Shown: positions 1-9,391 of the stretch, piece by piece | How positions within the stretch are numbered: the first letter of the stretch is position 1 | How the letters are laid out: every line of letters starts with the position of its first letter | Assembly (NCBI GenBank): GCA_028710985.1 | Contig: JAQTTB010000002.1 | Span: 6,888-70,887 of the forward strand | Length of the DNA stretch: 64,000 bases | Direction of reading: 5' to 3' | Source of the DNA: Patescibacteria group bacterium | Lineage (GTDB): Bacteria; Patescibacteriota; Patescibacteriia; JAHJFT01 | Notes under the pieces: model-generated | The model's input: only the letters and a program-made list of their open reading frames with translations | Database searches by the model: none | What the model was told of the DNA's origin: nothing | Program-made: the position numbers and the translations under genes

Positions 1-435
1 ATCGGCCACAACCCCGGGATTGATGCCGCGAAAATTAAACCAAAATTATTTACTGATAAATATTCCGCCTCCGGCGGAACCGAATATTTTTTAAGTTTTG
101 AAGACGCCCGGCGCCGCGTTGTCTTGGGATTTCTGCGCCTGCGCCTGCCTTCAAGCTCGAATCAGGCGGTTCTCTCGACCCTGCCCGAACTCGAGGGTGC
201 GGCCCTGATCCGCGAGCTTCATGTCTACGGCCAGCAGATTGAACTGGGCAAATCAGCCAAAACCGCGTCCCAGCACAAAGGTCTCGGCCGGATTCTCATG
301 AATCAGGCTGAATCAATCGCCAAAAAGAACGGTTTTTCCAAAATCGCGGTTATTGCCGGCATCGGCGTGCGTGAGTATTACAAATGCCTCGGATACGCGC
401 AAACCGGCTCATTTATGATTAAAAAACCGCGTTAA
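1..435 (+). CDS. Elp3-family radical SAM/GNAT tRNA U34 acetyltransferase, C-terminal part (5' truncated by window)
   Basis: GFLRLR, IRELHVYG, QHKGLG and IAGIGVREYY motifs; frame is open from base 1. Confidence 0.9.
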   Translation: MGHNPGIDAAKIKPKLFTDKYSASGGTEYFLSFEDARRRVVLGFLRLRLPSSSNQAVLSTLPELEGAALIRELHVYGQQIELGKSAKTASQHKGLGRILMNQAESIAKKNGFSKIAVIAGIGVREYYKCLGYAQTGSFMIKKPR

Positions 436-483
436 TCAACATCTTTTCCACAGTCAATCAACATCTTTACGCACTTTTAGGGG

Positions 484-512
484 TTGACGCGATGTTTTAG
501 CCACTGTACACT
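484..512 (+). promoter_or_regulatory. sigma70-type promoter upstream of a short terminated transcript
   Basis: TTGACG(484-489)-17 nt-TACACT(507-512). Confidence 0.5.
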
Positions 513-545
513 GGCTAAGCTGGCTTCATTGCCAACAAATTGAAG

Positions 546-607
546 AACCGACTAGTTAATAATTGGTAAACCCCCTCGGGTCACTGATTTTGACCAGCCG
601 GTTTTTT
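546..607 (+). terminator. long imperfect hairpin plus T-tract upstream of glyA
   Basis: AACCGACTAGTTAA...TTGACCAGCCGGTT followed by TTTT. Confidence 0.5.
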
Positions 608-618
608 CTATATATAAT
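590..618 (+). promoter_or_regulatory. glyA promoter (near-leaderless)
   Basis: TTGACC-17 nt-TATAAT ending 9 nt before the ATG. Confidence 0.65.
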
Positions 619-627
619 AGTAGGACT

Positions 628-1857
628 ATGAAACACGACATTGATGACAATCAGGTGGATACAATAATTGAACACGAACTCCGGCGCCAGCAGGATGTTC
701 TGGAAATGATTCCGTCGGAAAACTATGTTTCTCCGGCCGTGCTCAATGCCCTTGGATCCGTCCTGACCAACAAGTACGCCGAAGGCTATCCCGGCAGACG
801 CTACTACGGCGGCTGCGAAAATATTGATGAGATTGAAACACTGGCAATTGAACGCGCAAAAAAATTGTTCAGCGCCAACTTTGTTAATGTTCAGCCCCAC
901 TCCGGCGCGCCGGCCAACATGGCGGTTTATTTCGGCCTGCTTGAACCCGGGGACATCATTCTGGGCATGGACTTATCGCACGGCGGCCACCTGACCCACG
1001 GCCATCCGGTGACATACACGTCAAAAATTTTCAACTTCATCAGATACAAGACCGCGAGCGACGGCCTGCTTGATTATGAAAACATTCATGAACTTGCCGT
1101 CAAACATCATCCAAAAATGATTCTTGTGGGCTACAGCGCGTATTCGCGGGACATTAATTTCCAAAAAATCCACGAGATCGCCGAGGAGATTGAAGCCTAC
1201 ACCATGGCCGACATTGCCCACATCGCCGGCATCATCGCGGCCGGAGAAATGGCCAATCCGGTTCCCCTCTTCGATGTTGTCACCACCACGACGCACAAGA
1301 CTCTCCGCGGTCCGCGCGGCGGCATGATTATGTCCAAGGACGCTGACGTGGCCAAACGCATTGATAAAGCCGTGTTCCCGGGCCTGCAGGGCGGTCCGCA
1401 CGAAAACAATATCGCCGCCAAAGCCGTGGCTTTTCACGAAGCCCTTCAGCCGGAATTTAAAACCTATATCAAGCAAGTGCTTGCCAATGCCAAAGTTCTT
1501 GAACAGGAATTCAAAAAAAGCGGCATCAAAATCTGCTTTGGCCAGACCGACAATCATCTGCTCCTCCTGGATGTCACACCGCTCGGCCTCACCGGCAAGC
1601 AGGCTGAAACCGCTTTGGACGCCGCCGGCATTACGGTCAACAAAAACATGATTCCCGATGATCCCCGCTCGCCCATGGATCCCTCTGGCATCCGGCTCGG
1701 AACGCCGGCCATCACCACCCGCGGCATGAAAGAGCCGGAAATGAAACAAATCGCCGAGTGGATTATCCAAGCTCTGAAAAACCATACAAACGAATCGGAG
1801 CTTGCCAAGATTAAATCTCAAGTCAAAAAATTAACTTCAAAATTCCCCATATATTAA
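628..1857 (+). CDS. glyA: serine hydroxymethyltransferase
   Basis: PSENY, NKYAEGYPGRRYYGG, TTTTHKTLRGPRGG (PLP lysine), GIRLGTPAITTRG. Confidence 0.98.
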   Translation: MKHDIDDNQVDTIIEHELRRQQDVLEMIPSENYVSPAVLNALGSVLTNKYAEGYPGRRYYGGCENIDEIETLAIERAKKLFSANFVNVQPHSGAPANMAVYFGLLEPGDIILGMDLSHGGHLTHGHPVTYTSKIFNFIRYKTASDGLLDYENIHELAVKHHPKMILVGYSAYSRDINFQKIHEIAEEIEAYTMADIAHIAGIIAAGEMANPVPLFDVVTTTTHKTLRGPRGGMIMSKDADVAKRIDKAVFPGLQGGPHENNIAAKAVAFHEALQPEFKTYIKQVLANAKVLEQEFKKSGIKICFGQTDNHLLLLDVTPLGLTGKQAETALDAAGITVNKNMIPDDPRSPMDPSGIRLGTPAITTRGMKEPEMKQIAEWIIQALKNHTNESELAKIKSQVKKLTSKFPIY

Positions 1858-1872
1858 AAAAATATCAATAAC

Positions 1873-1907
1873 AAAAACCGTCCCTACTTTATCCAGGGGC
1901 GGTTTTA
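1873..1907. terminator. bidirectional intrinsic terminator
   Basis: AAAAACCGTCCCT...AGGGGCGGTTTT between convergent genes. Confidence 0.7.
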
Positions 1908-1915
1908 TGATTATA

Positions 1916-2299
1916 TTAATTTAGCCGCGGAAAGGCGCTCATATCCAATATCTCCTTCTCTTCGTCACGCGAAATCACATCTTTATCTGCCAGATTAACA
2001 ACCAGGGCGGAATCCTTTGTATCCACTTTTTTAATAATCGGAATCCATTCAGCCCTAAAGTCAGCCAGCTTATCGTCAAGATAATCCTTGGTTACCATTA
2101 ATGCCTCTATTCGATTAAAGCGTTTATCAACTTGCTCAAACCTCTCGTCAATCTTATTAAATCGCTGTTCAATGCTCATGAATCGCTGGTCAACGCCATT
2201 GAATCTTTGATCAACTTTATTAAAGCGATCGTCAACACTATCGGCAAAAATATGCAGGGCATCCAATATTTCGTCAATTTTTGTCTCTAATTTATTCAT
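1916..2299 (-). CDS. coiled-coil protein with 7-aa repeats
   Basis: tandem (V/I)D(Q/E/K)RF heptads. Confidence 0.8.
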   Translation of the reverse strand: MNKLETKIDEILDALHIFADSVDDRFNKVDQRFNGVDQRFMSIEQRFNKIDERFEQVDKRFNRIEALMVTKDYLDDKLADFRAEWIPIIKKVDTKDSALVVNLADKDVISRDEEKEILDMSAFPRLN

Positions 2300-2367
2300 A
2301 TATATCGTTTATTAATTATAACAACTACAGTGCGCTCAATCAACGATCTGTCAAGCCCGGACAAACG

Positions 2368-3180
2368 TTAAAGCGGGCTTCGGATATTTTTAAGCCCGGG
2401 ATTGGTCACGTGCGTGTATAATTGCGTAGTCCGGATATTCTGATGGCCAAGCAGGGCTTGCACATAGCGCACGTCAGTGCCATTTTCCAGCAAATGCGTG
2501 GCAAAACTGTGCCGAAGCGCGTGGAATCCGGCGGGCTTGTTAATCCCAGCGCGCTTCACGCAGTCAGAAAATACTCTTTGCGCCGTCCGGGTCGTAAGCC
2601 GGCCGCCGCGTTCGCTCAAAAACAGGTATTCATCCCCTGTTTTTCCGGCCGCTAAATTCAGCAGTTCGGCCTTAATTCGCTCCGGTATAACCGAAACCCG
2701 ATCCTTACCGCCTTTTGCCTCGCGAATATTCAGCATAAGCTCATCAAAATCCACATCGCGTACGCGCAGTCCGACAACCTCACTCACCCTCAACCCCGCG
2801 CCATACGCCAGGGCAATGAGAAGCCGGTGCTTAGCATTACGGCAGACATTCAGAATCCGCCCAATCTCATCGCGCGTCAGAACCACCGGCAATTTTTGCG
2901 ACCTCTTCACCGCCCTCACTTCAAGCAACCCGTGGCTTTTTACCACTTGCCGGTAAAAAAATTTAATCGCATTCAGCCATAAATTAATGGTTTGCGGCGA
3001 TAATCCCCTATCCCGCGCGTACAATATAAAATCCCGCACATTTTCCGAATCGGCAACCGCAAAATTATGCTTTTTGAATAAAAAATACTCCTTAATCGCC
3101 CGCCGATAACTATCAATTGTCTTGGGACTATAATTACGCACTTTAAGCTCTTTTTCCGTCTGTTCTAAATATTCTTGCAT
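2368..3180 (-). CDS. integron-associated tyrosine recombinase (IntI-like N-terminal SAM domain, no IntI-specific insertion)
   Basis: NYSPKTIDSY, YGAGLRVSE, AKGGKDR, HALRHSFATHLLE, LLGH, TTQLYTHV; divergent from the cassette array. Confidence 0.92.
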   Translation of the reverse strand: MQEYLEQTEKELKVRNYSPKTIDSYRRAIKEYFLFKKHNFAVADSENVRDFILYARDRGLSPQTINLWLNAIKFFYRQVVKSHGLLEVRAVKRSQKLPVVLTRDEIGRILNVCRNAKHRLLIALAYGAGLRVSEVVGLRVRDVDFDELMLNIREAKGGKDRVSVIPERIKAELLNLAAGKTGDEYLFLSERGGRLTTRTAQRVFSDCVKRAGINKPAGFHALRHSFATHLLENGTDVRYVQALLGHQNIRTTQLYTHVTNPGLKNIRSPL

Positions 3181-3204
3181 ATATCAATGAATTATTGCTA
3201 AAAT
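3175..3204 (+). promoter_or_regulatory. candidate cassette promoter (Pc-like)
   Basis: TTGCAT-18 nt-TAAAAT with extended TG, overlapping the integrase start and pointing at the array. Confidence 0.45.
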
Positions 3205-3269
3205 ACCCTTATGCCCTTATATTCATTATCCCCCAACCACCACCCAACACACAACTTTTGGGTGTTGTC

Positions 3270-3301
3270 ATCTTTTTTCAACATATAAGAACGAGTTAGC
3301 T
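3270..3301 (+). other. attI-like site, crossover G/TT at 3295
   Basis: GTTAGCTGA(3295-3303) is the exact reverse complement of TCAGCTAAC(6644-6652) at the end of cassette 1. Confidence 0.75.
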
Positions 3302-3473
3302 GAAATATTCCTTTTCTTTTTTGGGCTATCGCCCAATTGTTTTAAGAAATTTTCAAATTTCTTTTTCATTAATTATAGAGGGGAATATGGAGTTTTCTTC
3401 GCTCCGCTACGAAAACGATTTATTTATAAGGGGAAAACTAGTACAATACATTTGCATTACTTGAATATAAATT

Positions 3474-4532
3474 ATGATGTCTCAAACAACGCTGTTCGGC
3501 GAAAAGTACAAAATACACCAATTTCCAAGAACTCAATATTTGGGAAGCAAGGAGAAGCTTATCAAGTGGATTCTTGAAATTGCCCCAAAAGATATTGGAA
3601 CTGTTTTTGATGCTTTTAGTGGCACATCTGTTGTTGGTTATTATTTTAAAGATGGAGGCTATAAGGTTTATAGTAATGACTTTTTAAAATGTAACTCTTT
3701 AATTTCTAAAGCTTTAATTGAAAATCAAAATATCACTCTTGATAAAAATGATATAGATATTTTGTTAGACGAAACTACAAAAGCTGATAATCTAATCGAA
3801 AAGATTTTTACTGGAGTTTTTTTTGAAAAAGACCAAGCAAAATTTTTAGATATATTTAGAGCCAATGTTGAAAAACTAGACAACGAGTATAAAAAAGCAT
3901 TGGCTTTAGCTTTAATGAATAGATCTCTGACAAGAAAAATTACATTAGGTCATTTTGCTCACTTAAAAGCAATTGAATACAGTAAAAATCCAGATAGAAT
4001 TAAAAGAAATGCAAGTTTAGCAAAACACCTAAAAGATATTTTTCAAAGTCTTGTTCATTCATATAATCATGCAATTTTTGATAATAAAAAAAGGAACAAA
4101 GTTTTTTGCGAAGATACAATTTCTTTGCTTCCAAAACTTCAAGATGTCGATTTGGCTTATTTTGATCCACCTTATGTTGGCTGTCACCCAGACTACCAAG
4201 CATTTTATCATTTTTTAGAAACTTTTGTTCAGTACTGGAAAAATAAAGAATTTGTAAATGGCACAAAGTCATATTTTCCCAAAAAAGAAAGTGGATTTGT
4301 TCAAAAAACGGATATTGAAAAATCTTTTGAAAAACTTTTTGAAAACAGCAAACATATTCCTTATTGGTTAGTTTCTTACAATAGCAAGAGTTATCCAGAG
4401 AAAGAAAGAATGATCGAACTTATCAAAAAGCACAAAAAGGTAAAAGTGTACGAAAACGAATACTCAAATCATTATGGCGGGAAAGGAAGCCGTAAAGGAA
4501 CAGTTGAATATTTATTTTATTGCTATAACTAA
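3474..4532 (+). CDS. N6-adenine DNA methyltransferase (Dam/D12 class), cassette 1
   Basis: YLGSK, FDAFSGT, YFDPPY motifs. Confidence 0.92.
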   Translation: MMSQTTLFGEKYKIHQFPRTQYLGSKEKLIKWILEIAPKDIGTVFDAFSGTSVVGYYFKDGGYKVYSNDFLKCNSLISKALIENQNITLDKNDIDILLDETTKADNLIEKIFTGVFFEKDQAKFLDIFRANVEKLDNEYKKALALALMNRSLTRKITLGHFAHLKAIEYSKNPDRIKRNASLAKHLKDIFQSLVHSYNHAIFDNKKRNKVFCEDTISLLPKLQDVDLAYFDPPYVGCHPDYQAFYHFLETFVQYWKNKEFVNGTKSYFPKKESGFVQKTDIEKSFEKLFENSKHIPYWLVSYNSKSYPEKERMIELIKKHKKVKVYENEYSNHYGGKGSRKGTVEYLFYCYN

Positions 4533-4538
4533 AACATT

Positions 4539-5630
4539 ATGAATCATAAAATCTACCAACAACTCAAAAAACTATACGACGCAAACGACTTTGAAAAATT
4601 ACTCAAAGATTCAAATAGTTTGCTTTTTCTGAAAATTCGTTCAATCACAAGAAAAGCCTTGCTTGTTGAATTTGCAGAAAAAATTGACATCGATCCCAAT
4701 CAGGGTACCAACGATTTAATTGAACAAATCGTAAATAACCCAAAAACTGAAAAAGCTATTGATAAATTTATCAATGACAAATTCCAAAATGAAAGAAAGG
4801 AAAGAAAAATCTATGAAGATAAACTCATTTCGGAATTATATAAACTGAAAATTTTCGATTGGGGTGGTCTGTATCAAAACAATCTTGAACGAACGATAGT
4901 TGATAACTACATCAAAAAAATTAAAAACTTTGATGTTTTAATGGACAAAATTGATAACGAAATACACGAAAGTTTAAAGGGATATGTTTTGTGTTCTTGG
5001 TTTAATCACTGGACTTCAATTTTGATCGAAGATATTTTTAAGGAACACAAGAGAGTGTTACCAACGATTGGGTTAATCAAAAAAGTTGATTTTTTTGTCG
5101 ATCAAATACCTTTCGACCTTAAAGTAACTTATTTTCCGGACGGATTCATGGCTTTAAAACGAAAAGAAAAAGGACTAAAACCGGAACTTACTGAACTCAA
5201 ACAAATCGCCAAAGCAAATAAAATCAAATTTGACTCAACACAAAAAAATAAATCTCTCCTTTCTGAACTGTTAATCAGACTATCCGAGAGTCATCTTGAA
5301 CCAGCTAAAAAAGCGATAACAGAATTTCACAAAACGAGATGGAAAATAATTGAAGAAGCAATGGAAAATAAAAAAGGGCTCATTAAATGGCTTTATGAGG
5401 AACAAGGCGAAAGGCGTTTTGATTCTGCTAATCGTTTATTTTTAGTATTGATAGAAAAAAATAATCTTGAGGAAAGCTGGAAACTCAAACGCAATATTGA
5501 TTTTCTAAAAGAAAGTGTCGGGTCTTATCTTGATAAGTTTAAAATCAACGATAATTTAGAGATCAATTTTGACTGGAAAGATGAAAAATACACATCTGTT
5601 TCAGATGCCTTGTTTATAGTGAAAGAATAA
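4539..5630 (+). CDS. putative type II restriction endonuclease, cassette 1
   Basis: directly follows the MTase; KVDFF...PFDLKVT is a PD-(D/E)xK-like motif. Confidence 0.65.
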   Translation: MNHKIYQQLKKLYDANDFEKLLKDSNSLLFLKIRSITRKALLVEFAEKIDIDPNQGTNDLIEQIVNNPKTEKAIDKFINDKFQNERKERKIYEDKLISELYKLKIFDWGGLYQNNLERTIVDNYIKKIKNFDVLMDKIDNEIHESLKGYVLCSWFNHWTSILIEDIFKEHKRVLPTIGLIKKVDFFVDQIPFDLKVTYFPDGFMALKRKEKGLKPELTELKQIAKANKIKFDSTQKNKSLLSELLIRLSESHLEPAKKAITEFHKTRWKIIEEAMENKKGLIKWLYEEQGERRFDSANRLFLVLIEKNNLEESWKLKRNIDFLKESVGSYLDKFKINDNLEINFDWKDEKYTSVSDALFIVKE

Positions 5631-5635
5631 AGATT

Positions 5636-6451
5636 ATGGAAGAATTTATAACTAAATGGCAAACATTGATTGGCTCCGCACTTGGTCCTTTTCTTGCGGT
5701 TATTCTTTCAGCTATAGGTTTTTGGATAAAATCAATCATAGAAGGTAAGAAAGAGCGAAAAGAATTTTTGCGACGAATAGAAATTGGAATTACTCGAAGT
5801 CTTGATGATACATTCAAAACTCGAATAAAACTCCAATATTTTGTATCAAGATTGAGAACACTAATTACAGACATCAGAAAAATAACAGACATTAAACATT
5901 TTTCTCTTGAAACCATAAACTACCCAACCATACGCGATATTTATAAAGACGTCGATTTAGCAAATTTCAAGGTTAAAAGCTACTATCTACACAACATGCT
6001 TTTATGGGCTGACGCAGGAATCAAAGAAACAAATGAAACAGTAATCAGTCTAAAAAATGACTTTGCTGAATTGCAGAGAAAAAACGAACTACATATTATC
6101 TTAATGAGACAAAACCAAACACCAAATCCCGCCCAACAAAGAGCAGAATACGCCGACAATCTTGAATCATTTGCAAACGCCATAGATGAATTTATAACAA
6201 AATTCATGAAACAGGGCGTCGAGATATTGACTCAAATTAAAATTTATAACGAACATTTACGGAAAAAACATGGTTATTGGTTTTTATGGAAATGTGAAGG
6301 AACTAAATTTAAGTATTTTCGCAATAAAACCGAACAGAAAAATTTCTCAAGAAATCTTGACTCAATGGAAAGAATTGACAAAATTATCCAGAAAGAAGTT
6401 GGTGATGCTATCAAAGACGCAGAAGCCAGAGCCTCGAAACTACAACAATAA
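5636..6451 (+). CDS. hypothetical protein with N-terminal TM helix, cassette 1
   Basis: 271-aa ORF, 5 nt after the previous stop; hydrophobic residues ~11-34. Confidence 0.75.
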   Translation: MEEFITKWQTLIGSALGPFLAVILSAIGFWIKSIIEGKKERKEFLRRIEIGITRSLDDTFKTRIKLQYFVSRLRTLITDIRKITDIKHFSLETINYPTIRDIYKDVDLANFKVKSYYLHNMLLWADAGIKETNETVISLKNDFAELQRKNELHIILMRQNQTPNPAQQRAEYADNLESFANAIDEFITKFMKQGVEILTQIKIYNEHLRKKHGYWFLWKCEGTKFKYFRNKTEQKNFSRNLDSMERIDKIIQKEVGDAIKDAEARASKLQQ

Positions 6452-6645
6452 GATGTTTTCGGTCGGGGCAATTCACCCCTTTAATTCCCCTCTTGCCACT
6501 CCCTCAAACGAAAAAGAAATATTGTGTTTTGGATTTTGGGCATTCACCCCTAACCCCTCTGCCCAAAATCCAAAACGGAAAAAGAAATTTGAAAATTTTT
6601 TAAAACAAGTTTTCTTATCAGAAAACAAAAGAAAAGGAATACATC

Positions 6646-6743
6646 AGCTAACAGCGTATATCTGGTTCGCGCTTGCCTAACGGCAAATGCTCACCCATAT
6701 TGCTCCCTGCGGTCGCAACATCAGATATACGCGAACGTTGTGC
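6646..6743 (+). repeat. attC-like site 1
   Basis: AGCTAAC-A-GCGTATATCTG...CAGATATACGC-GAAC-GTTGTGC. Confidence 0.85.
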
Positions 6744-6882
6744 GGCATTGGCTTTCCATTTTTACTTCTTGAACATTCAATTATTTGGGCAGTTTTTTGA
6801 AAAATAAAATGACCCGTCAGCAGTTTGCCAAACGGGTCGTACAGATGAGGGGCGGCGGGGCGCGTTATTGCTCAGCAAGACT

Positions 6883-7164
6883 TCATCCTTCCAGTCTCGA
6901 AGTCACCTCCCTGAAGTGTTTACCGAGTTCCGGAAATGCAGAACCGCCGCGGATCTCATGAACTCGTCTGCAGATGGTCTTACGTTGCCGTTCTGGAAAA
7001 ACAGATTCCTTGAGAACTTCCAGCAACGTAATAGCCTTCTGTCTCCGCGCGTTGTCTTCTGCGTCCATGGTAGCGTCGCGATATCCGGAAGGATTGTACC
7101 TTGGCTTCACGGCTTCCTCAATCTTGTCGAGGAGTACTTGTGCCACTGATCTTTTTTCGCTCAT
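6883..7164 (-). CDS. hypothetical 93-aa protein, antisense cassette 2 with its own promoter and terminator
   Basis: AAGGAGGT SD before the ATG; TTGACA(7228-7223)-18 nt-TAAAAG; GACCCGT/ACGGGTC hairpin near 6811-6838 followed by a T-rich tract on the minus strand. Confidence 0.72.
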   Translation of the reverse strand: MSEKRSVAQVLLDKIEEAVKPRYNPSGYRDATMDAEDNARRQKAITLLEVLKESVFPERQRKTICRRVHEIRGGSAFPELGKHFREVTSRLEG

Positions 7165-7275
7165 GTCGCACCTCCTTTTATTACGCTAGCGACTCTTTCT
7201 TTTACCACAACCGCGCCCCGCCTGTCAAGAGATGGCAACTGCCCAAATAATTGAATAAAATGGAAAGTCAACATC

Positions 7276-7423
7276 GTATAACAAAGTATATTTGGCTCTG
7301 CTCCTCTCCCGCCGTTGGCGGGTTCGTCGCTCCGCCCAAATTGGCTTCCGTTCCGGCGGTGTGCTTTCGCACAATTAAACCGCCTCCACTCCAGCCAACT
7401 TCATATATACTTAAACGTTAAAT
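7276..7423 (+). repeat. attC-like site 2
   Basis: GTATAAC-A-AAGTATAT...ATATACTT-AAAC-GTTAAAT. Confidence 0.85.
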
Positions 7424-7506
7424 CCAATAGCGATTGTAATTGATAATCCCATCCCAAAGGCAGTGCTTAACGATAACTTAATAAATGTCTAAAATTTTAT
7501 AAAATT

Positions 7507-8343
7507 ATGAAGATAAAAATTTTAGGTTCGGGTGCATGGGAAGGAATTCCAGTTCCATTCTGTAAATGTAAAATTTGCGAATCAGCAAAGAAACCTAATT
7601 CAAAAGATAACAGAACAAGACCGCAAATTTCAATTGAATCGGATGAAGGGCAATTTTTGATAGAAATAAGTCCTGACATTCGCATTCAATCCACAAAATT
7701 TAATTTACCAAATATTAGCAATTTCCTAATAAGTCACTGGCATTTTGACCACATGTATGGCTTATTAGAACTTCATGCATGGATAGAATTTGTTTTAGGA
7801 CAAAAATCAAAATTATTTTGCTCTCAAAAGACAAAAGAATGGCTCGACCAGAGTTTTGGACATATACCAAAAGAAATAATTGTAGTCAAGCCATTTGAAA
7901 AATTTGATTTATTTGGCACAAAAATTACTCCGATACCTCTTTATCACATGAGTGGGCGAGATAATAATACAAAAGAAAACGAATTAGATAATGCGTATGG
8001 TTTTCTTTTAGAAAAAAATGGTAAAAAGGCAATTTATCTCGCCGATTACTATAAATTGCCAAATAAATCTTTAGAACTTGTAAAAGATTCCGATATTATT
8101 ATTGCTGATGGAACTTATCTTTTTGAAGAATCTTTTCCAGACAAACCAGAGCAAAATAATTTAAAAACTGACCCAGACCATTTGCATGGAAAACAAATTC
8201 TTGATTTTGTTAGCGGATTGAATGCTAAGAAAGTGATTTTTCATAGTATTTCACATTTAACAGAAAAATCACATGAGGAACTTCAAAAATTGCTCCCAAA
8301 AAATATGTTTATTTCTTATGATGGAATGGAACTGGAATTATAA
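7507..8343 (+). CDS. MBL-fold metallohydrolase (PhnP-like), cassette 3
   Basis: ILGSG, IPVPFCKCKIC, SHWHFDHMYG. Confidence 0.9.
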   Translation: MKIKILGSGAWEGIPVPFCKCKICESAKKPNSKDNRTRPQISIESDEGQFLIEISPDIRIQSTKFNLPNISNFLISHWHFDHMYGLLELHAWIEFVLGQKSKLFCSQKTKEWLDQSFGHIPKEIIVVKPFEKFDLFGTKITPIPLYHMSGRDNNTKENELDNAYGFLLEKNGKKAIYLADYYKLPNKSLELVKDSDIIIADGTYLFEESFPDKPEQNNLKTDPDHLHGKQILDFVSGLNAKKVIFHSISHLTEKSHEELQKLLPKNMFISYDGMELEL

Positions 8344-8445
8344 ACGCACTGCCTTTTCCCACCCTTAAAATAGCAATCGCTACTCCTTCGCTCCATTTCA
8401 TTCCGCTCGGGCACGTTGCACTCTCCTCACTTCGTTCGTCGGCGG

Positions 8446-8538
8446 ATTTAACAGGGCTTAAAGGGTTCGCTCGTTACACTTCGCTCTCCCAAATTTTTTG
8501 TGTGCGACAAAAAACTTCCCTTAAGCCCGATGTTATGT
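8446..8538 (+). repeat. attC-like site 3
   Basis: ATTTAAC-A-GGGCTTAAAGGG...CCCTTAAGCCC-GAT-GTTATGT. Confidence 0.85.
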
Positions 8539-8564
8539 GAAATTTTTGTCCTATTTTTATCTAT

Positions 8565-8954
8565 ATGAACATAAAAAAAACTATTTTTAAAACCATTCTT
8601 ATAAATATTCTACTAGTTACAATTACAGCTATTATCTTAAGTTCGGTGTATTTACTTTCAGCACAAAAGACCGATCCAAAAAATTACTTACATATGGAAT
8701 ATTTAGATGACGAATTGCAGAATGGTCATTACATATGTCCGCATTTATGGGACAGATACTCCTATGCATGTGGCACAGGGGACTTAATTTATACTTTTGT
8801 TGTAGGTACTGTTGGTATAATTTTCCTTGCGTACATTCCACTTGGTCCAACTGCAGAATATGCGATTTTGAATTATGCAATTCTTTTGATAATTTTTATC
8901 ACTGTTTATATTGTGTCCAAAAATAGTACAAAAACATCACATAACAGCGTATAG
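8565..8954 (+). CDS. hypothetical membrane protein, cassette 4 (reads into attC4)
   Basis: three hydrophobic segments; stop codon lies inside the attC. Confidence 0.75.
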   Translation: MNIKKTIFKTILINILLVTITAIILSSVYLLSAQKTDPKNYLHMEYLDDELQNGHYICPHLWDRYSYACGTGDLIYTFVVGTVGIIFLAYIPLGPTAEYAILNYAILLIIFITVYIVSKNSTKTSHNSV

Positions 8955-9015
8955 CAGACTACGCTTCGCTCCGTCCAAATTGCTATGCAACTTCTGCTAT
9001 ACGTAAACGTTAGGC
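8939..9015 (+). repeat. attC-like site 4 (minimal form)
   Basis: ACATAAC-A-GCGTATAGCAGA...TCTGCTATACGT-AAAC-GTTAGGC. Confidence 0.88.
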
Positions 9016-9036
9016 GAAATAACAAAAATTACCAAT

Positions 9037-9378
9037 ATGATATATATAATCTGGTTAGTCTTACTTAGCCTCTTTGTTTTTTCTTTCCTTGTTCCCAAAT
9101 TTCCTATCTGGATTCCTGTTTTAGCCTATTTATTGGTAGTTGGCGTGAGAGTTAAAGAAAAATATGGGAATTACTTAGATTGGATTGAAAAAAACCACCG
9201 CGATGAAGAGCGAGCGATTGATGCAAATTTGCATGATTTCGAAATTAAAGGGTTGGCCACAAGCGGAATGCGACTAAAGCAGGAAAATCATATTAAAAAA
9301 GACTTCGAGTATGAACGAAAAAAACAAAAAAGACAAAGAGACACAGAGCTAATCGATTGCTTATTCATAAAAAAGTAA
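9037..9378 (+). CDS. hypothetical membrane protein, cassette 5
   Basis: two N-terminal TM segments and a charged C-terminus; fills the cassette. Confidence 0.75.
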   Translation: MIYIIWLVLLSLFVFSFLVPKFPIWIPVLAYLLVVGVRVKEKYGNYLDWIEKNHRDEERAIDANLHDFEIKGLATSGMRLKQENHIKKDFEYERKKQKRQRDTELIDCLFIKK

Positions 9379-9391
9379 TTTTTGTTACATC

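Noticed and set aside
500-627. ZMP/ZTP (pfl) or glycine riboswitch before glyA
   Set aside because: Conserved elements such as GACTGGCG...CGCCTGGG are absent.
6270-6680. 136-aa ORF running across the end of cassette 1
   Set aside because: Overlaps the real ORF and crosses structured noncoding repeats and attC1; likely spurious.
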